From contig JAZQTV010000113.1 of assembly GCA_045630945.1 (NCBI GenBank), forward strand, positions 8,700 through 72,699: a stretch of 64,000 nucleotides of DNA. The letters run 5' to 3'. This stretch comes from Clostridia bacterium (GTDB taxonomy: Bacteria; Bacillota; Clostridia; Christensenellales; QALW01). Positions 59,141 through 64,000 of this stretch are shown here, piece by piece (the stretch's first letter is position 1; each line of letters opens with the position of its first letter). The notes beneath the pieces were generated by a model. That model did no database searches and was not told the DNA's origin. It saw only the letters and a list, made by a program, of their open reading frames with translations. Both the position numbers and the translations under genes were made by a program.

Positions 59141-59169
59141 ATTATAGCATAAAAAGAAAATAACTGCAA
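59141..59169 (-). promoter_or_regulatory. promoter of the TIR cassette
   Basis: Minus strand reads TTGCAG (59164-59169), 17-nt spacer, TATAAT (59141-59146). Confidence 0.55.
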
Positions 59170-59321
59170 CATTTGAAGCACAACGAAATTTGATTGTTGG
59201 CAGGCTAAAATAACATTGCATCTTTTTTAAGCTGGTATAACAATATAGCAAGATTTGCAATGGTGTAATTAAAAAAATTTTAGTATAATAAAATTACGTG
59301 ATAATATGGGAGGATTTTTTT

Positions 59322-60944
59322 ATGAAAAAGCTTTTGGCAGTTTTGCTTGTATTTGCTTTGGCTATTTCTGTGGCGGTTACCGTATCGGCGACAGGCGATA
59401 CAACAAAGGTTACTGCAGAGTGGAAAAAGCTTCATGGCAATACTGACGTAACAAAGACAACAGAAGGCGGAACAACCGTTTATACGTTTGGCGGAATTGA
59501 GGCGGCATATCATTCTGCTTCAGTAAACCTTTTTTCTGACCTTCAAAGTCTTATTAAGGGTAAATCATCCATTACCGTTAAGGTAACAATGAATGCAAAA
59601 ATCGCTTATAACGAAGGTTATGAGGATGAAGAATTCCCTGTAACGATGCTTATAAGAGTTGGCGGAAGAACTTCTTTAGTTGCAAGTATGGATTCTTTTA
59701 AGGCTAACTTCAAGGAGAAGGTTGAATCATCTTCAATTGCAAGCATTGACGGCAGCAACATAGGTATTGTTTTCGAACAAAAGGATTATCTTACAGGCGA
59801 GTGGGCAACCATTGAAACACCCGAGTTTGAAATCACACCTGACGATCTTAATACGGAGTTCTGGACACAGCTTAATCTTTGCTTCCACAGAATGAACGAT
59901 TTTGAGATATGCAAGTCCATCAGTATCAAGAACACCTCTATCGTAATTGTTGACGGTACAACGGGCAGCGATAAGCCCACCATCGATAACAGCAATGCAG
60001 ATAGCGGCAATTCAGGCGATACTGTTGTTGGCAACGGTGAGGATACGCCCGAATTACCCGAAGGAAACTTCCTTACGGCTACGTGGGGAAAGGGTCTTGG
60101 TGCAACCACTATTTCCACGGGCGAATTCAACGGTCAGACTACTCACGTATTCAAGGGTATGAATAATAGCTACGCATCACCTTACCTTAATATTTACGAT
60201 GCAGTTAAGAGCGCTATGGGCGGCGAAGAAGACGTTACCTTGTGGTTTGTTCTTGACGTACGCGTTGCAAATAAAGCAAGTAATGCAGGTAAAGAGCATA
60301 AGTTTGGTATGAAGATACGTCCTACCAAGGCAGGCAAGATTCTTAATGCTGAAGATGCGCTTGACAGCTATGACGGTTCAATGTTCAATTTTGCAACCGG
60401 CGGTGTAAACAAGACCATTCTTGGCAGTAGCGATATGACGCTTAGTGAAAACTGGCAGAGAATTGAAATTGATCTTATTGTTACAAGTGACGATATTAAC
60501 GATGAAGTTTTTGATGCATGGAACGTTTGCTTTGATAATATGGATACGTTCGCTGACATTGTAGAAATTCAGGTTAAAAATGCAGGTATCTTCCTTGAGG
60601 ACGCTTACGAGCCTATCGAGGTGGAAGAAGAGGAAGAGGATGAAGGCGGCGCTGCTATTACCACCACACCCAAGCCTGTTACCATTTATAAGCCCTATAA
60701 CTATGATAAGTATCAGGTTACCTTCAGAGATGCTGTTTCATCAGAAAGCACCCCTGCTCCTACACCCGATGCTAACGGCAACATTCCCACAGTAACAGAC
60801 GGTGTACAGGTAAGCGATAGTAATCAGGATAGCGGCTCAAACGCAATAATCATCGCAGTTGTTGCGGTTTCGGTAATAGTGCTTGCAGGTGCCGTAGCGA
60901 TATTCTTTATTCTTAAGACTAAAAAAGGAGGAAAGGCAGAATGA
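59322..60944 (+). CDS. cell-surface protein with two CBM-like modules and a C-terminal membrane anchor
   Basis: ATG at 59322 follows GGGAGG. Signal peptide, two similar modules, an acidic/Pro-rich linker and a C-terminal TM plus KTKKGGK. ATGA overlap with the next gene. Confidence 0.7.
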   Translation: MKKLLAVLLVFALAISVAVTVSATGDTTKVTAEWKKLHGNTDVTKTTEGGTTVYTFGGIEAAYHSASVNLFSDLQSLIKGKSSITVKVTMNAKIAYNEGYEDEEFPVTMLIRVGGRTSLVASMDSFKANFKEKVESSSIASIDGSNIGIVFEQKDYLTGEWATIETPEFEITPDDLNTEFWTQLNLCFHRMNDFEICKSISIKNTSIVIVDGTTGSDKPTIDNSNADSGNSGDTVVGNGEDTPELPEGNFLTATWGKGLGATTISTGEFNGQTTHVFKGMNNSYASPYLNIYDAVKSAMGGEEDVTLWFVLDVRVANKASNAGKEHKFGMKIRPTKAGKILNAEDALDSYDGSMFNFATGGVNKTILGSSDMTLSENWQRIEIDLIVTSDDINDEVFDAWNVCFDNMDTFADIVEIQVKNAGIFLEDAYEPIEVEEEEEDEGGAAITTTPKPVTIYKPYNYDKYQVTFRDAVSSESTPAPTPDANGNIPTVTDGVQVSDSNQDSGSNAIIIAVVAVSVIVLAGAVAIFFILKTKKGGKAE

Positions 60945-62776
60945 AAAAATTAATAGCTATTCTTTTATCCTTAATTTCAATTTTTGCAATTTTCTCAGGC
61001 TGCAGTCAGACACCTACACAGGATGGTGATAATTCAGGCACCGCAAGTGTAACACCTACACCTCAGCCCACACCTATGCTTCCTGATATCACCGAAAAAA
61101 CCAACTATGTTACTGATGTTTGGGTTGCAGTTGAAATTGAATTTGAAGCTACCGTAGAGGTAAAGGACTTTAATGATGCAGTTCTTGACGTTACCTTCAC
61201 AAACCGTGAAACAGGCACACAGTTAGTAATGCCCGGCTTCTGGGACGGCGAAAAGTCTTGGAAGGTTCGTTTTGCACCTACAGAGCACGGCGTTTGGGAA
61301 TTCGTTACTGCTACAAGCGGTGCAACCGATATCGGTATTAACGGTCAGACAGGTACCGTTGCCGCTAACAACTACAAGGGCGACCTTGATATTTACAAGC
61401 ACGGCTTTGTAAAAACACAGGAAAACGTTCGCTATTTCGTATATGCTGACGGTACACCCTTCTTCTACTTAGGTGATACACACTGGAATATGATAACCGA
61501 GGAATTTGATTCCGCAGGTAACCGTGCAGGCGATATTCAGACAAATTCACACTTCAAGTATATTGTTGACCGTCGTGCCGCACAGGGTTTTACCGTATAT
61601 CAGTCAGAGCCTATCGGCGCAAGCTATAACGTAGAAGACGGTAAAATCAGTAAGACCGATATCAAGGGCTTCCAGAAGATGGATAAGTACTTCCAATATA
61701 TTGCACAAAAGGGACTTGTTCACGCTAACGCTGAACTTATCTTCCCCTCTGCTGCAACACAGCCGGGATTTTCAAATAACGTAGAAGCACTTACTCGTTA
61801 TTGGGTTGCACGTTACGGTGCATATCCTGTAATGTGGACGCTTGGTCAGGAAGTTGACGACGCTACAAACCAGAAGGCAGGCACGCTTTTAGTATATCAG
61901 AGAATGTGCTTGCAGCTTGCTGCTTGCGATCCCTATAAAAACCCCATTTCCGCACACCAGCTTAACGGTTCAAGCATTACAGTTGACGGTTACGTTGTTG
62001 TTGCAGGCATTGACGGCGGTTACAATAACTACGATCCCACAGCTACACAGCGTAAAAGCTTTACAAGACCTTCAAAGTTTAAGGACGTTGCAGGTCATTC
62101 GTGGTGGGCAAACCAGTGGAGACCGGTTGTTGACCAACAGTTCAACTTTGGTATTCCCAAGGATTATTGGGATAACGGACAAAACAAGCCTATCGTAAAC
62201 TACGAAGCACGATATCACTTCCTTTACGGCGGTGACTTCTGTATGCGTGCACAGGCTTGGATAGTATATCTTACAGGTCACGTAGGTCACGGCTACGGCG
62301 GAGCAGATATGTGGTTGTATCAGGGCTCATATGCTACCGATTCCGATGGCTTTGACGGTGTTGATGTCATTACTATCGAGCAGAAGACAACTACCTATTG
62401 GTCAGATCTTATCGACGCTAATATAAGCGATGAGCTTATCTATCTCAGAGGCTTTATGGAAAGCGTTGGCTGGTATAATCTTACACCTGACTTTGATAAT
62501 GGAAATGCTTTCAAGAAGGCAGATAACAAGGAAGGCTATTATGCATGCGCATACACAGGTGATGAGGTTTACGTTGTTTACCTTTACAACCGTACCACTG
62601 ATTCGGCAGGTTCGCTTGTAAATATGGATAAGAACGCAACCTACACTGCACAGTGGTTTGATACAAGAACAGGCAAATATACGCTTATCAGCAAGGAACT
62701 TAAAGTTGACGGCACCTATGATATTCCGCAAAAGCCTGTTGCTGACGATATGGTACTTTTGGTAACAAAAAATTAA
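60941..62776 (+). CDS. lipoprotein with DUF5060-like N-domain and DUF4038/GH140-like TIM barrel
   Basis: Lipobox IFSGC. FWDGEKSWKVRFAPTEHGVWEF, then YFVYADGTPFFYLGDTHWN...WTLGQEVDD. TAA stop. Confidence 0.65.
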   Translation: MKKLIAILLSLISIFAIFSGCSQTPTQDGDNSGTASVTPTPQPTPMLPDITEKTNYVTDVWVAVEIEFEATVEVKDFNDAVLDVTFTNRETGTQLVMPGFWDGEKSWKVRFAPTEHGVWEFVTATSGATDIGINGQTGTVAANNYKGDLDIYKHGFVKTQENVRYFVYADGTPFFYLGDTHWNMITEEFDSAGNRAGDIQTNSHFKYIVDRRAAQGFTVYQSEPIGASYNVEDGKISKTDIKGFQKMDKYFQYIAQKGLVHANAELIFPSAATQPGFSNNVEALTRYWVARYGAYPVMWTLGQEVDDATNQKAGTLLVYQRMCLQLAACDPYKNPISAHQLNGSSITVDGYVVVAGIDGGYNNYDPTATQRKSFTRPSKFKDVAGHSWWANQWRPVVDQQFNFGIPKDYWDNGQNKPIVNYEARYHFLYGGDFCMRAQAWIVYLTGHVGHGYGGADMWLYQGSYATDSDGFDGVDVITIEQKTTTYWSDLIDANISDELIYLRGFMESVGWYNLTPDFDNGNAFKKADNKEGYYACAYTGDEVYVVYLYNRTTDSAGSLVNMDKNATYTAQWFDTRTGKYTLISKELKVDGTYDIPQKPVADDMVLLVTKN

Positions 62777-62788
62777 GGAGCACGTAAA

Positions 62789-64000
62789 ATGAGAAAAATA
62801 CAGAAATGGGTATCGGATGAGCTTGAATTCAATGCTCGCATTAAAGTAAATGATATTTTTGAAGCAGAAGCAGACCTTATCCTTGTTCATCAGGAAACGA
62901 AAAAGGAGTATAAGGTGCCAATGTTCTGGGACGGCGGCTTCTCATGGAAGGCACGTTACGTGCTTACCGAGCTTGGCGCTTGGGATTTTGCCGTTAAGGA
63001 ATCAGGCGAGCTTAATCTAGGTATTGATGGTATTTCGGGCACAGTATCCTGCGTGGAGTATGAAGGTGACCTTGAAATTTATAAGCGCGGCTTTGTAAAA
63101 ACACAGGAAAACGTCCGCTATTTCACATACGCTGACGGCACACCGTTCTTCTATTTGGGTGATACCCATTGGAATATGGTTAAAGAAGAATTTGATTCTG
63201 CAGGCGAAGGCGCAGGAAATATCGAAACCGATTCTCATTTTAAATACATTGTTGACCGCAGAGTTGAACAGGGATTTACCGTTTATCAGTCAGAGCCCAT
63301 CGGCGCAAACTACAACGTTCGCGACGGTGTTATCAGCGATGAAGACCTTGCGGGATTCAAAGAGCTTGATAAGTATTTTAAATATATTGCAGAAAAGGGT
63401 CTTGTTCACGCAAATGCTGAACTTGAATTCCCCAGTGCCGCAAAGCACGAAGACTTCTGCAAGAATATTAAGCCTCTTACACGTTATTGGGTAGCACGTT
63501 ACTGCTCATATCCTGTTATGTGGACGCTTGGTCAGGAAGTTGACGATGCACGTAACTTTGGCGAGGGCATTTTTGAAACCTATAAGATTATGTGTGAGCA
63601 CATTGCTGAAATAGATCCTTACAACAGCCCCATTTCTGCACATCAGCTTAATGCACAGGGCGTTGGTGTTGACGGCGGCGTGCCTGTTGCAGGTATTGAC
63701 GGCGGCTATAACAACTATAACCCCGAAGCAACTACCCGTAGCGGACTTACACGTGCTTCCGAGTTCAAGAACGTTAAGGGACACACTTGGTGGGCAAATC
63801 AGTGGCGTCCTGTTGTTGATCAGCAGTTCAACTTCGGCATTCCCAGGGATTATTGGGAAAACGGTCAGAAGAAGCCCGTTGTTGATTACGAAGCAAGATA
63901 TCACTTCCTTTACGGCGGTGACTTCTGTATGCGTGCACAGGCTTGGATTGGTTATATGTGCTTTATGGGTCACGCTTACGGCGGCGCTGATATGTGGCTT
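62789..64000 (+). CDS. cytoplasmic paralog of the DUF5060/DUF4038 (GH140-like) protein, 3' end outside the window (absent from the ORF track)
   Basis: ATG at 62789 lies 8 nt after AAGGAG. Hand translation gives 404 codons open to the window edge with no stop. MFWDGGFSWKARYVLTELGAWDF...YFTYADGTPFFYLGDTHWN...WTLGQEVDD parallels the upstream gene. No signal peptide. Confidence 0.75.
   Translation, partial: MRKIQKWVSDELEFNARIKVNDIFEAEADLILVHQETKKEYKVPMFWDGGFSWKARYVLTELGAWDFAVKESGELNLGIDGISGTVSCVEYEGDLEIYKRGFVKTQENVRYFTYADGTPFFYLGDTHWNMVKEEFDSAGEGAGNIETDSHFKYIVDRRVEQGFTVYQSEPIGANYNVRDGVISDEDLAGFKELDKYFKYIAEKGLVHANAELEFPSAAKHEDFCKNIKPLTRYWVARYCSYPVMWTLGQEVDDARNFGEGIFETYKIMCEHIAEIDPYNSPISAHQLNAQGVGVDGGVPVAGIDGGYNNYNPEATTRSGLTRASEFKNVKGHTWWANQWRPVVDQQFNFGIPRDYWENGQKKPVVDYEARYHFLYGGDFCMRAQAWIGYMCFMGHAYGGADMWL

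Noticed and set aside
1-64000. Prophage, IS element, integron or conjugative element content.
   Set aside because: I found no transposase, integrase/recombinase, phage structural or relaxase-like ORF. I also found no long terminal inverted repeats. The only repeats seen are the short elements reported under features and findings.

Overview
This 64-kb chromosomal window looks like a low-GC Firmicutes/Clostridia genome, judged by AGGAGG-type ribosome-binding sites, TTGACA-17-TATAAT promoters and mostly TAA stops. All calls come from reading the sequence and ORF track and recognising motifs by eye; no searches were run.

Content:
- **1-23 kb:** a dense block of mostly minus-strand putative glycan-active enzymes. 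It also holds two AraC regulators, an EutH-family permease, an orphan LytTR response regulator, a YeiH-family transporter and a 1177-aa secreted SGNH esterase.
- **23-33 kb:** creatininase-like gene, an Avd-like four-helix-bundle gene, tRNA-Ala(CGC), a NodB deacetylase lipoprotein and a decaying hexuronate operon (AraC, uxaB remnant, interrupted uxaA). A Gfo/Idh/MocA oxidoreductase, a NagB-like gene, PAP2, an XRE-membrane protein and an M23 peptidase follow.
- **33-48 kb:** glgB-glgC-glgD, serS, then the replication-origin gene cluster: dnaA on the minus strand, diverging from rpmH-rnpA-yidD-yidC-jag on the plus strand.
- **48-64 kb:** further glycosidase-like genes, yqeY, glnS, a two-gene TIR cassette, and a surface-protein operon with two DUF4038-like paralogs. 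The second paralog runs off the window and is absent from the ORF track.

Main observations:
1. A self-contained two-gene TIR cassette (TIR plus 7 BspA-type LRRs, then TIR plus an unknown domain plus GNAT plus a Cys cluster). No known Thoeris, CBASS or Ago partner is present, and a duplicated glnS terminator lies on one flank. This is the best candidate for an undescribed immune-type system.
2. Three in-frame TAG codons interrupt two otherwise intact, motif-complete genes (uxaA twice, a metallophosphoesterase once). Either these are recent amber pseudogenes or amber codons are being read through.
3. Further gene decay: a frameshift in a homopolymer run in an M19 dipeptidase, and a frameshifted, half-deleted uxaB.
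4. A convergent array of eight ATGATG-plus-hairpin units sits between tRNA-Ala and the four-helix-bundle gene promoter.
5. A 59/60-bp hairpin-containing element occurs twice.
6. An unlisted 36-codon ORF with a strong RBS sits just downstream of the giant esterase gene.

No CRISPR array, rRNA, transposase or integrase was seen.
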